From an uncultured Candidatus Saccharibacteria bacterium (lineage in GTDB: Bacteria > Patescibacteriota > Minisyncoccia > 2-02-FULL-40-12 > GWA2-44-9), in assembly GCA_964488565.1 (NCBI GenBank), contig CAZAUE010000003.1, positions 1 through 57,038 of the forward strand: a stretch of DNA of 57,038 bases, in the 5' to 3' direction. Each line of letters opens with the position of its first letter. Position 1 is the first letter of the stretch. A program made the translations under genes and the position numbers. This document shows positions 1 through 9,526 of this stretch, in pieces. Under the pieces are notes generated by a model, which saw only the letters and a list, made by a program, of their open reading frames with translations, was not told the origin of the DNA and searched no databases.

Positions 1-52
1 GCCTAAGGCGGGTAACTTTTTGTTACCAATCGCTTCACTCTTGGACAAAAAT

Positions 53-277
53 TTAGGCAAAGAATACTCTGGCAACAGAAACACCGAGAAACAAAATAGC
101 AAAAACTATCGTGGCCCAAAAAATTACTTTCTCTGCACCTCTCTTGGTGCTGTATTCCAAAGAGCCACCCCCGAAAGAAGAGGAAAGACCCGTTCCGCGC
201 TGTTGAAGCAAAATAGCTGCGATGAGTAGTAATGATAATCCTATCTGAGCATATGTTAATATTTGTGTTGTATTCAT
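53..277 (-). CDS. secG: Preprotein translocase subunit SecG
   Basis: Two TM helices around ILLQQRGTGLSSSFGGG; TKRGAEK motif typical of SecG. Confidence 0.93.
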   Translation of the reverse strand: MNTTQILTYAQIGLSLLLIAAILLQQRGTGLSSSFGGGSLEYSTKRGAEKVIFWATIVFAILFLGVSVARVFFA

Positions 278-283
278 ATTGTA

Positions 284-634
284 TTATTTAATTGCCTTTG
301 TGCCAGCTGACACAAAAAGATTTACTATGGAAATTATGACGACAGCATATAAAAGCGCTGTTACGTCTCTGATTGCCATGAAGTCAAAGATATAATCAAC
401 TGTCCATAAAATCAACCCATTTATGACCAGAGTGAAAAGTCCGAGAGTAAGAATTATTAACGGCATAGATATTGCTTTCAGGACTGGTCTGACCACAAGG
501 TTCAGTAGTCCCAGAAACGCTCCGGCCATTAAATACTCTTTCCAGCCCCCACTTATTACAAAACCAGGAACGAAGTAATAAGCTACATAAAGAGCCAAGG
601 AATTGCCTAATATTCTGATTATAAAGCTAATCAT
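284..634 (-). CDS. 4-TM phage holin family / YvlD (DUF360) membrane protein
   Basis: LGLLNLVVRPVLKAISMPLIILTLGLFTLVINGLILW signature. Confidence 0.85.
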   Translation of the reverse strand: MISFIIRILGNSLALYVAYYFVPGFVISGGWKEYLMAGAFLGLLNLVVRPVLKAISMPLIILTLGLFTLVINGLILWTVDYIFDFMAIRDVTALLYAVVIISIVNLFVSAGTKAIK

Positions 635-701
635 ACTGTAATTAATACGATAGCACCAAAAGAATTAAAATTCAACCATTCACGCAACCTCCGCCAGTTG
701 T

Positions 702-1073
702 TTGGATAAAAACGCGATGCTCTTGCTTAAGAACCAAAAGTGTTGTATGATTTTAACATCTCAAAGCTTAAGAGAAAAAAGAGGTACTGTGACAACAAGA
801 AGAGCACCTGAGTCGTATCTCAATCACAGGCGACCGCCGCTTTTGGAGGCGATAGTTGCAGAAGGCGACATGTCGATAGGCGAAGCTGTGGAGTCACTTA
901 AAAAGAAAGGGTACTATACTCCCCATCCAAGACCATGGCAGTTGGGTTATAAAGATCGTGGACTTGGCAGAGGAGATTATGCAGTCCTTGACCGTTTCGG
1001 AGACCTTGTGGCCGAGTTCGAAAGCAAGGCAGATGCCGAGCTCGTCATCTCTGTGGTTAATGCACAAAAATGA
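702..1073 (+). CDS. Hypothetical protein; true start uncertain (ATG 870 plausible)
   Basis: C-terminal ~70 aa look protein-like (PWQLGY...YAVLDRFGDLVAEF); N-terminal part may be untranslated. Confidence 0.45.
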   Translation: MDKNAMLLLKNQKCCMILTSQSLREKRGTVTTRRAPESYLNHRRPPLLEAIVAEGDMSIGEAVESLKKKGYYTPHPRPWQLGYKDRGLGRGDYAVLDRFGDLVAEFESKADAELVISVVNAQK

Positions 1074-1366
1074 CGGTATATTTTTAGAGAAATTGAGGGG
1101 TGCCACAACACCCCTTTTTTGTTTGAGATTAAAATTTATAATACCCAGCCCCATCGCTTTTATGTCACTTTGACGAGGCGAGGAAACAGATGAGGTTGGT
1201 TGATTATTGATTTCCAAAATAATAGGTCGAGCGCCCCGCCTATCGTAATGATGGACGGGGAGGCAAGCGAGGGTTACCTGTTATTTTGGTTTAAATCAAT
1301 TCAATCATACCGAATCTGTTTCCGAGATGAGGAACCGGTGACAGAAAAGTGATGGGGCGAGAGCGC

Positions 1367-2623
1367 CTATCTAAAAGGTTTTCTGTGCAGTTTTCTGTAA
1401 TACTCAATTGCAAATCTGTGGGCTTCCGAGTCAATCGTTAAGAGGAGGTTTTTGTCTGCTGGCGATAGCTTTGTTAGTGGAAGCGGGGTTTTTCGGCCAG
1501 GAATTATTAATTGGTGCCCCATGTGACGTTCATTTTTAGACATACCTATAACTTGGATTTTTATGGACATTTTTTTAAGAACCTTAACCGCTGTGCTTAC
1601 TTGGCCTTTTCCACCATCAATAAGTATCAAGTCGGGGAATGGCCATTCACTATGCCTGAAACGACGTTCAAGTATCTCTTTTAACATGGCAGTGTCATCT
1701 GGGGTATTTTTTGTTTGAATTTTGAATTTACGATAAAAATTTTTATTTGGCTGACCATCAACAAATGTCACCATTGAACCGGTTGCATGTAGGCCTTGGA
1801 TGTTTGAAACGTCATAACCCTCAATCTTAATTATGGGTTTTGACATTTTTAACAAAGACCCAAGTCCTGAACGATGAGCTTTTAAAATATCAGAATTTTT
1901 TATTATTTTGGCATTTCTAAATATTCTCTCAAGCTTGGTGATTTTGTCGCGTAGTTCTATGGCTTTTTCAAAGTTATCTTTTTTGGCAAAGTCGTCCGCC
2001 TCTTTTCGGAGTTCCTTAACGAAGGAATTTTTTTTACCGCTTAATATTTTCTCAATGGACTTAATGTTGTTTAAATAGTTTTTTCGGTCTTTACCTGAGG
2101 GGCTAGATTTTAAGCAACAAAAACCGAGACATTTTCCGATGTGATAGTTTAAACAGTAGTTGTGATGAGATTGTGTGCAAGTGCAATAGGGGAAAACCGA
2201 TCGCAGGAAACGCAATGTTGTTTTTAAAGCACTCCCATCAGTAAATGGTCCAATATACTTATCGCCATTCAACTGATGGGTTAAATAAATGCGGGGCATT
2301 TCATTTTTAGTAAACCCTACAAAAAAATATTGTTTGTCATCTCGCATTACAATGTTGAATTGGGGACGAAATTTTTTTATTAATTGTGACTCTAGTATCA
2401 AGGCCTCAATATCAGACTCTGTTTCTATGAATTTTAAAATGTTGGCAGAATCAATCATTTTTTTAATCCGAGGATCATCAGTTCTCAAATACGAATTCAA
2501 ACGATTCTTTAGATTAGAAGCTTTGCCTACATAGATAGGTTTGTGTCTGCTGTCCTTAAAAATATATATTCCCGAATCAGGGGGTAATTTTCTTATTTGC
2601 TCTTTGAGTGTGGAATTTAACAT
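1367..2623 (-). CDS. uvrC: UvrC-family excinuclease (GIY-YIG, UVR, RNase H-like; no C-terminal HhH)
   Basis: SGIYIFKD, IYVGKASNLKNR, ALILESQLIKKFRPQFN, IEGYDVSNIQG, LILIDGGKGQ, DSEAHRFAI. Confidence 0.9.
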   Translation of the reverse strand: MLNSTLKEQIRKLPPDSGIYIFKDSRHKPIYVGKASNLKNRLNSYLRTDDPRIKKMIDSANILKFIETESDIEALILESQLIKKFRPQFNIVMRDDKQYFFVGFTKNEMPRIYLTHQLNGDKYIGPFTDGSALKTTLRFLRSVFPYCTCTQSHHNYCLNYHIGKCLGFCCLKSSPSGKDRKNYLNNIKSIEKILSGKKNSFVKELRKEADDFAKKDNFEKAIELRDKITKLERIFRNAKIIKNSDILKAHRSGLGSLLKMSKPIIKIEGYDVSNIQGLHATGSMVTFVDGQPNKNFYRKFKIQTKNTPDDTAMLKEILERRFRHSEWPFPDLILIDGGKGQVSTAVKVLKKMSIKIQVIGMSKNERHMGHQLIIPGRKTPLPLTKLSPADKNLLLTIDSEAHRFAIEYYRKLHRKPFR

Positions 2624-2717
2624 TAGTCAATATTATACCACGAATTAACTTGATTGACGATAGTGTATTTATAACGTAAACTCATGGCACTTAAGAACTT
2701 TAAAAAATGAGATAAAG

Positions 2718-3935
2718 ATGAACAGAACCGAACAGTTGATAGCTGAAACAGATAGATATCTTGCTCACAACTACCATCCATTACCGGTCGTCTTTACAAA
2801 GGCGAAGGGTGTTTGGTATTGGGACGTTGAGGGAAAAAAGATTATGGACATGCTTGCTGGTTATTCGGCTGGTAACCATGGCCACTGTCATCCTCGTATT
2901 GTTAAGGCGTTAAAGGATCAATGCCAAAGACTGGTAGTTGCTCCTCGTTCAGCTTACTCAGATAAGCTTGCAGAATTTGGGCGGGTTATTACTGAGTTTT
3001 GCGGAATGGATAAAATCCTACCTTCTAACGGTGGGGTTGATGCTGTTGAAACGGCAATAAAATTAAGCCGTAAGTGGGGATATACTTACAAAGGCATTGA
3101 AGAGAAGAGTGCCGATTCTGAAATCATTGTTTGTTCCGGTAACTTTCATGGCCGAACCACAACTGTTGTGGGCTTTTCCACTGAGAGTCAGTATCGAAAA
3201 GGATTTGGGCCTTTTGCTCCCGGATTCAACGTAATTGAATTTGGAAATTCAGATGCTTTGGAAAAAGCGATTACCAGAGATACCGTAGCGTTCTTGGTTG
3301 AGCCCATTCAGGGTGAGGGTGGAATAAATATTCCCCCAAGCTCCTATTTTAGAGAAGTTGAACTGATTTGCAGAGAGAAAAATATCCTTTTGATTTTGGA
3401 TGAAATCCAGACTGGATTCGGAAGAACTGGTTATGATTTTGCTTTTCAGCATGAAAATATCCGACCCGACATTCTGATAATTGGAAAATCTCTTGGTGGT
3501 GGTATGGCCGTTTCTGGGGTTTTAGCAAGTAATGAAATAATGAGTGTCATGACTCCTGGTGATCATGGAAGCACCTTTGGTGGAAATCCTTTGGCCTGTG
3601 CTGTTGCTATTGAGGCAATCAATGTTTTGAAGGATGAGGAACTTTCAAATAGATCAGCTTTGATGGGAGATTATTTTAAGTGGAGACTAAAAGCAATAAA
3701 GAGCCCGCTTATAAAAGAGGTCAGGGGAAGAGGGTTAATGATAGGTGTTGAGCTTACTCCTCAAGCTGGAGGGGCAAGACGGTTTTGTGAAGCTTTGCTG
3801 AATGAAGGAATTTTCTGCAAAGAAACTCGCGACAACATTATTCGGTTTACTCCGCCACTTATCATAACGCAATCGCAGATAGATTGGGCGATGAAAAGAA
3901 TAGAAAAAGTTTTTCAAAATGAGGTGAGGAAATGA
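2718..3935 (+). CDS. rocD: Ornithine aminotransferase (class III PLP-dependent)
   Basis: AHNYHPLPVV, MDMLAGYSAGNHGHCHP, EPIQGEGG, DEIQTGFGRTG, PLP Lys in IIGKSLGGG, HGSTFGGNPLA. Confidence 0.88.
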   Translation: MNRTEQLIAETDRYLAHNYHPLPVVFTKAKGVWYWDVEGKKIMDMLAGYSAGNHGHCHPRIVKALKDQCQRLVVAPRSAYSDKLAEFGRVITEFCGMDKILPSNGGVDAVETAIKLSRKWGYTYKGIEEKSADSEIIVCSGNFHGRTTTVVGFSTESQYRKGFGPFAPGFNVIEFGNSDALEKAITRDTVAFLVEPIQGEGGINIPPSSYFREVELICREKNILLILDEIQTGFGRTGYDFAFQHENIRPDILIIGKSLGGGMAVSGVLASNEIMSVMTPGDHGSTFGGNPLACAVAIEAINVLKDEELSNRSALMGDYFKWRLKAIKSPLIKEVRGRGLMIGVELTPQAGGARRFCEALLNEGIFCKETRDNIIRFTPPLIITQSQIDWAMKRIEKVFQNEVRK

Positions 3936-4870
3936 GCAAAGTATTATTTGGTGGAATTTTATTTATTTTAGCATTAACTCTTGTTGCGTGTAATCCGCCA
4001 CCCGTTGAGAATGTTTACCGTAAGGAGATGCGTTTTCCCTCAACCCTTAATGTTCCAGTAGCATTTCTAGCGGTTGAATGGGGCGGTAAGCTTCGAGGTT
4101 CGGGTTCCGCGTGGCTCATTGATGGCGGTAATGGGGTTTTGTTTACCGCAAAACATGTCACTGATGCTCTCATGAATAATCAGATTGAGTTGGGTGCTAA
4201 TGAGTGTAAATTGTTTTTGGGAAACGGTAGGGTCTTTACCTGCATTACTGTTAGGGTTCCGCCATTGCGGGATGCTGTAGTGTTGAGGTTGCTTGAAAAA
4301 TTCAACCTCGAAGAGATGCCTAAGCCATATAAGATTTCAGAAAAGAAACTTAAGGTTGGGGACAAGATTTATGTTCAAGGATTTCATTCTCACCCACTTG
4401 ATGTGACTATTTCGAACAAGGAAGACGGGTTTGAAGATTTGACCGTCCCAATTTTGGAAAATTTTTACGAAATAAGGGAGGCTGATCCTTTAAGACAAAG
4501 AGAGGTCGTATTTGATAGCTTGGAGGCGGTGGTGGTTGATGTTGATGCCCGCGTTAATATTGGTAGCGATGAACCAAATTCTTACGATGCAATTAGATAC
4601 AAAACCAATGATTATATTAAGGTTATTACCACCAGAAATCATAAATTCTCCTTCGGAGGATTAAGTGGTGGTGTAGCGGTGAAGATTAATGATCAGGGAG
4701 TTCCTGAGGCTGTGGGGATTGTGACAGCCGAAAGATCCGAAAGATGGGGATATGATAAAAAGGGTAACCTTGAGGGTGTTAAAGCCCCCGTAATTATTTC
4801 GGACACCATCTTCATAACGCCAATCAGTTCTGTAAAAGAGCTTTATGAGTATGCAAGGCAAATTAGATAG
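3932..4870 (+). CDS. Lipoprotein, trypsin-like serine protease
   Basis: Lipobox LVA-C; triad candidates TAKH, RDAVVL, GGLSGG; ATGA overlap with rocD. Confidence 0.7.
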   Translation: MSKVLFGGILFILALTLVACNPPPVENVYRKEMRFPSTLNVPVAFLAVEWGGKLRGSGSAWLIDGGNGVLFTAKHVTDALMNNQIELGANECKLFLGNGRVFTCITVRVPPLRDAVVLRLLEKFNLEEMPKPYKISEKKLKVGDKIYVQGFHSHPLDVTISNKEDGFEDLTVPILENFYEIREADPLRQREVVFDSLEAVVVDVDARVNIGSDEPNSYDAIRYKTNDYIKVITTRNHKFSFGGLSGGVAVKINDQGVPEAVGIVTAERSERWGYDKKGNLEGVKAPVIISDTIFITPISSVKELYEYARQIR

Positions 4871-4874
4871 TTTT

Positions 4875-4908
4875 ATCCCACACATAGAATCCTATGTGTG
4901 GGATTTTT
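4875..4908 (+). terminator. Intrinsic terminator
   Basis: 13-bp stem atcccacacatag/ctatgtgtgggat followed by T run. Confidence 0.8.
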
Positions 4909-4977
4909 GTTTGATTGACCTTCTTTGTTATTTTCAGTATTATCTTGGGCAAGTACGTTAAAAATTGAGAGACAGAA

Positions 4978-6120
4978 ATGGCACTCACAGACCCGAATGA
5001 AGCGAGAAAATTAATCAGAGCTTTAAAGGCTCAACCAGAGAAGTTTTTATTCGGACTCAACAGGGCAGTTTACAATGCTGTACTGGCACTTGTTACGCCA
5101 ATCGCGAAGGATGGGCCAATGGGCAAAGAATGGGCTCAAGCTCACACACTGGTCTCAGACGTTCCTGGTACCGGTAAAACGGCGATGTTTAATTATTTGG
5201 CTTCAGCGATGAAAGCTAAGCTTGGAAGGGTCGATGGTAGACCTGATTTGATGCCGAGTGATTTTACGGGCAGAGAAGAGAAGGATAAATTTTCTGGCGT
5301 CAGAACCCTTTTGAAGGGCCCTCTCTTCAGCAACATCTTTTTTGCCGATGAAGTTAACAGAACTCCTCCCAAGAGTCAGGCTCCAATGCTTGGCGCCATG
5401 GAAGGTGGTCATGTTTATATTAATATAACGAATGAAAAGGATGGGGTAATTGAGTCAAAATCGTTTCCTCTTTTTCCGGTTCCGGATGATCCGACCAGAA
5501 TGTTTTTCATCACTTTCGCAACAATGAACCCAATTGAGTTTGAAGGAACCTATCCTTTGTCAGAAGCTCAGCTGGAGAGATTTACCTATCGTTTTGTGAT
5601 GGGTGCTCCATCAAGAGAAGAAGAAAAGATGATTAGGTTTGAAAACGTTGTTGGAAAAAAAGTTGAGATCGTGATGGGTTTGGGCGATCTTCTTGATATT
5701 CAAGAAATGGCAAAGAAAATCAGATTAACAGATGAAGCGAACGATCTTATTATGCGCTATCTGCAGAATTCAAGAACCCATGCTCAGGATGAGCGAGAAT
5801 TTGGCAAAACTCAAAAACGTGACGCCTCAAAAGATCTCGTGACCTTTGTTAATCAGTATGTTACTTCAGGTTGTTCACGAAGAAGAAATTATCACATGCA
5901 AGGTGCAGTGTTGGGCCATCGGCTGATGCGTTTGTTGTTGTCCGATGATAAACCAATTGAAAACCTTGATAATGTTAAAGCTACTGTTGATGATGTGAAA
6001 GCTATTGCTCCGCTTACAATGGAGCATGTGATTCTTCTTGAACCCAGATCTCTCGGAGATGATGTCACTACCAAGAAAGTGGTGAGAAGGATTATTGAAG
6101 AAACACCAATGCCATCATGA
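4978..6120 (+). CDS. MoxR-family AAA+ ATPase (MxaR-like)
   Basis: Walker A DVPGTGKT, GRPDLMPSDFTG, FADEVNRTPPKSQ, NPIEFEGTYPLSEAQLERF. Confidence 0.9.
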   Translation: MALTDPNEARKLIRALKAQPEKFLFGLNRAVYNAVLALVTPIAKDGPMGKEWAQAHTLVSDVPGTGKTAMFNYLASAMKAKLGRVDGRPDLMPSDFTGREEKDKFSGVRTLLKGPLFSNIFFADEVNRTPPKSQAPMLGAMEGGHVYINITNEKDGVIESKSFPLFPVPDDPTRMFFITFATMNPIEFEGTYPLSEAQLERFTYRFVMGAPSREEEKMIRFENVVGKKVEIVMGLGDLLDIQEMAKKIRLTDEANDLIMRYLQNSRTHAQDEREFGKTQKRDASKDLVTFVNQYVTSGCSRRRNYHMQGAVLGHRLMRLLLSDDKPIENLDNVKATVDDVKAIAPLTMEHVILLEPRSLGDDVTTKKVVRRIIEETPMPS

Positions 6121-7055
6121 AGGACCTAAGTTTCAACGACGTCCTTGCGGCGCTGACTCATATTAAGAGCGGTATCCCACTAGAAAGATTAACAAGCAGA
6201 ATTCGTCTGGGTGAACACAGGAGTTTATTTTTTGGTCCGAGTCATAATTTGTATGACATCAAAGAATTTGATCCAGAATGTGATCCACCAAATATGATTG
6301 TTGAAGTTCCGGGTGGCGATGAAGATGTTGTTTATGCTAGAAGATGTATTGAAACCCACGAGGTTAAAATAAATTTCCTTATAGATTTAAGCCCTTCTGT
6401 TTATGCGGGCGTGGATCTGAATAAGAGAAAATTACTTCTTGAGGCACTAGGCTTTATCGGAGTTACCGGTGTTCGTTATGGTGATCCAGTTGGATTCACT
6501 GGTTTTACAGATAAGATAGTTTTAAATTCAACGCCAAGGTGTGGTGCTAATAATTTTTATTATCTTGTTAGGATTGTTTACGATTATTTAAGAGACAACG
6601 ATCCAACCAAAAAGAAAATCAAGAAAGATAAAACCGATTTTTTTGCAGCATTGGATTTTGTGAGAAGGTCGTTTGATAAGTCGTGTTTTATTCCCGTGAT
6701 ATCTGATTTTGTGGGCTTTGAGAAGGTTGTTGATTCGCCCCTCTTGCGCATGGTTGCATCAAAGCATGAGTTGATATTTATATTTTTGGACGACCCGCTA
6801 GAGTTGTTGGGAGCTCAAGGTTTTGGGCAAATAAGAACAGAAGACATAGAAAGTGGAGACCAAATTGTTGTCTCAAGAAGAAGATTGTCTCAAATTGAAA
6901 AAGAAATTAGAGCTGAACGGAGAGAATTAAGAACAAAATTAAGGAGAATGGGTATCGATTCTGTTGTTTTGGAATATGGTAAACAGGGAAGACATTTTAA
7001 TAGATTAACTAGGTTTTTCCTGAGAAGACACAAGAGACTAAGTTTTAGAAGATAG
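6117..7055 (+). CDS. DUF58 / MxaS-like vWA-associated protein
   Basis: GEHRSLFFGPS, KEFDP, FLIDLSPS (DxSxS), VISDF; coupled to MoxR by ATGA overlap. Confidence 0.82.
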   Translation: MKDLSFNDVLAALTHIKSGIPLERLTSRIRLGEHRSLFFGPSHNLYDIKEFDPECDPPNMIVEVPGGDEDVVYARRCIETHEVKINFLIDLSPSVYAGVDLNKRKLLLEALGFIGVTGVRYGDPVGFTGFTDKIVLNSTPRCGANNFYYLVRIVYDYLRDNDPTKKKIKKDKTDFFAALDFVRRSFDKSCFIPVISDFVGFEKVVDSPLLRMVASKHELIFIFLDDPLELLGAQGFGQIRTEDIESGDQIVVSRRRLSQIEKEIRAERRELRTKLRRMGIDSVVLEYGKQGRHFNRLTRFFLRRHKRLSFRR

Positions 7056-7063
7056 AATTAGTC

Positions 7064-7089
7064 ACCGCCCTTTACTGGGCGGTTTTTTT
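7064..7089 (+). terminator. Intrinsic terminator
   Basis: accgccc/gggcggt stem followed by T7. Confidence 0.75.
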
Positions 7090-7133
7090 GTTATACTATC
7101 TTCGCAAAGAACCTTAACATTTTAGAGGATGCG

Positions 7134-8243
7134 ATGAGATACAAACTGCTCATCTGCGCTTTTCTATTGTTAATTGCTACACCAGCATTAAGTCAAGAAT
7201 TTTCTCCGATTGTTATTGAAACTGGCAAGCCAAATCCGAGTGTCGTTAAAAGTGGGGAACCTTTCAAGGTTACCTATAGGGCTAAGTTTTTTGACACCGT
7301 TCTTATTTATGAAGAGCGGATGAGTCCTGATAATTTGGCTCTTGAAAAAGTTGAAGCCATTGACCTTGAGGTTTCTAAGGTAAGAGTAAACAACGACTCC
7401 CTCGGATTCGTAAATGTTTGGGATTTTACTTACACCTTCAGAATTATTCAACCAGAGAAACAGGGATATAAGATTCCGCCGTTTAACTTTATTTGGGCTG
7501 AGAAAAAAGCAGGAGTTACTGAAGTTCAAACCAAAGAAAATGAAAAACCAAGAGAGATTTTAACTGAAGAGGTTGGTGTTAATTATGTTTCTTCGATTGT
7601 GAAACCGCCACCCCTTGATATTAGGGATGATATTGATTTCACTCTCCCACTGGTAGGTGGTACTGTTTTGCGCCGATGGGCCTATGCTGTAATGGGAGTT
7701 TCGTTCTTGATTTCTCTGTTTACTATTTTCAGGTTTTCTAGACGTTTAAAGCTCAAGAAAACTCAGGATCTCAGCAGGAAAGATATTTCCACAGAAGTTC
7801 CAGGCGATGACTTCATTGTTGGCACAGAACTAATTCTTTCACCAAAGAAAGCCAGAAAGAGATTCTTGGGAGAATTGAAAAAGTTGTATTTATACGATGA
7901 GGAATCGTTTGGATTAACAAAAGAAAGAAGACTTCGCCAGCTTAGTAGAGATTTACTGTTAGCAGAATTACAGGGAACGATACGAGATTCAATGTCTGAA
8001 AATGAGATTTGTGCCAAATTGTGCGAGCTTGATGAGAAACAAAAAAAACTGATTGGCTTAAAGTATTCAACCATGCTCGGTGTGGCAAGAAGATTGAAAA
8101 AATATCAGGAATGTATTGATTCGGGAACATATTTCCTGAGTGTTAATGATGAGATTGTCGAATTGCACAAGATGGTTTCTGGTCTTAAGTTCTATAAACA
8201 AGTCTTATCTTTCATTAGTCACTTAACCAAGAGGGGGAATTAA
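7134..8243 (+). CDS. Signal peptide + Ig-like + TM protein (MxaA/BatD-like)
   Basis: N-terminal signal ATPALSQE, VVKSGEPFKVTY, YKIPPFNF, single TM near residue 185; position in MoxR cluster. Confidence 0.6.
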   Translation: MRYKLLICAFLLLIATPALSQEFSPIVIETGKPNPSVVKSGEPFKVTYRAKFFDTVLIYEERMSPDNLALEKVEAIDLEVSKVRVNNDSLGFVNVWDFTYTFRIIQPEKQGYKIPPFNFIWAEKKAGVTEVQTKENEKPREILTEEVGVNYVSSIVKPPPLDIRDDIDFTLPLVGGTVLRRWAYAVMGVSFLISLFTIFRFSRRLKLKKTQDLSRKDISTEVPGDDFIVGTELILSPKKARKRFLGELKKLYLYDEESFGLTKERRLRQLSRDLLLAELQGTIRDSMSENEICAKLCELDEKQKKLIGLKYSTMLGVARRLKKYQECIDSGTYFLSVNDEIVELHKMVSGLKFYKQVLSFISHLTKRGN

Positions 8244-8244
8244 G

Positions 8245-9396
8245 ATGTCCTCAAGTTTATTCTATGTTTGGGAATTAATCAGAGCGGGCCTAAAAAGTTT
8301 CCGAGATACGAATTTTGATCTTGTCGGATTTGATTCACGGGGCCTTGCTTTTGGAGCGGGCCTTTTTATTATTCTAATTCTGTTGTTTAAGCTTTTGTGG
8401 GGTCGTAATAAGTTTAGTCATGTCAGTTCTGGGCACCGCATTTCTAGGAAATATCAGCAAGGAAAACTTGTTAAGATTATCTTTTTAACTCCCAAGATTC
8501 TTCTTGGTGTGGCCACTGTCTTTTTACTGATTGGTTTGGCTAATCCTTATTTACCCAAAACCACCGAAGAAAAGGTGGTTCAGTCACGGGAAAGAATTGA
8601 TTTGATTGACACATCATCTTCAAAGGGCTGGGAATTTGAACGCACTGGAAAATCTGCCGGACAACTTGGTCGTGAAGCATTTCTAAGATTCTTAAAAATG
8701 CGTCGAGGCCAAAACGACAGAACTTCGCTTTGGACTTTTTCCGACAACCCATATATAAGAGAAGATTTTATCATTGATGATGATATCTACATGATGCAAG
8801 CTGAGGATGCTCCCTATATAACTGTTAGTGAAGGACATCCAGCTCTTCCTGAAAACGATAAGGATGATCAAAATTTAGATATAATTACCCCGAGAGATAA
8901 AATCCAGTTTATCAATGGAGAAGCTGGCACAGATTTGAACAATGCTCTTGATGCCGTGATTAAGTATTTTGACAGAGAGGGGAATAAAAAAATTAAGAAC
9001 AAGGCTTTGCTAATAGAAACTGATGCGGCCGTTGAAGATGATGCGGAGCCGTATTTGAGGGAGCTTAAAAAAAGAAACATAAAAGTATATCTTCTACACA
9101 TTAAGCCAAACATAGAAGGCGAGAGTCAGTATGCCAACTTGAAAGGCCTTGAACATGCCGCACTGTTAAAGAAGAAGGTCTTGCAATATGGTGGTAATGT
9201 TTATGACATTCAAGACAAGAAAAGTATTGAAAATGCTTATAGAGAGATTGATAAACTAGAAAAGGCGCCCATCCTGACAGTTAGACATCTTTTTAGAGTT
9301 TTTATCTATCAAAGACCACTCTTTGTTGCGATTGCGCTGATGCTTTTGGCAATAGCAATGGGTTTGTTGATGGAAATAGTTAATGAGAATCCATAA
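8245..9396 (+). CDS. Membrane vWA protein (MxaC/BatA-like)
   Basis: N-terminal TMs, LIGLANPY, MIDAS DTSSS, AGTDL, LIETD, IENAYREIDKLEK, C-terminal TM. Confidence 0.78.
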   Translation: MSSSLFYVWELIRAGLKSFRDTNFDLVGFDSRGLAFGAGLFIILILLFKLLWGRNKFSHVSSGHRISRKYQQGKLVKIIFLTPKILLGVATVFLLIGLANPYLPKTTEEKVVQSRERIDLIDTSSSKGWEFERTGKSAGQLGREAFLRFLKMRRGQNDRTSLWTFSDNPYIREDFIIDDDIYMMQAEDAPYITVSEGHPALPENDKDDQNLDIITPRDKIQFINGEAGTDLNNALDAVIKYFDREGNKKIKNKALLIETDAAVEDDAEPYLRELKKRNIKVYLLHIKPNIEGESQYANLKGLEHAALLKKKVLQYGGNVYDIQDKKSIENAYREIDKLEKAPILTVRHLFRVFIYQRPLFVAIALMLLAIAMGLLMEIVNENP

Positions 9397-9420
9397 TCCC
9401 CGCTAAAGTGCGGGGATTTT
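9395..9420 (+). terminator. Intrinsic terminator
   Basis: aatccccgc/gcggggatt stem with T tail. Confidence 0.7.
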
Positions 9421-9526
9421 TACCCCCACACTCATTCATGAGTGTGGGGGTTTATTTTTGACAGTGCTGGAACTTAGTTTTATAGTAATCCCAAGAACTT
9501 TTAAAATTGCATAATAAGAAGGGAAT

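Noticed and set aside
284-634. Prophage implied by the holin annotation
   Set aside because: This family is a common chromosomal membrane protein, and no phage genes are adjacent
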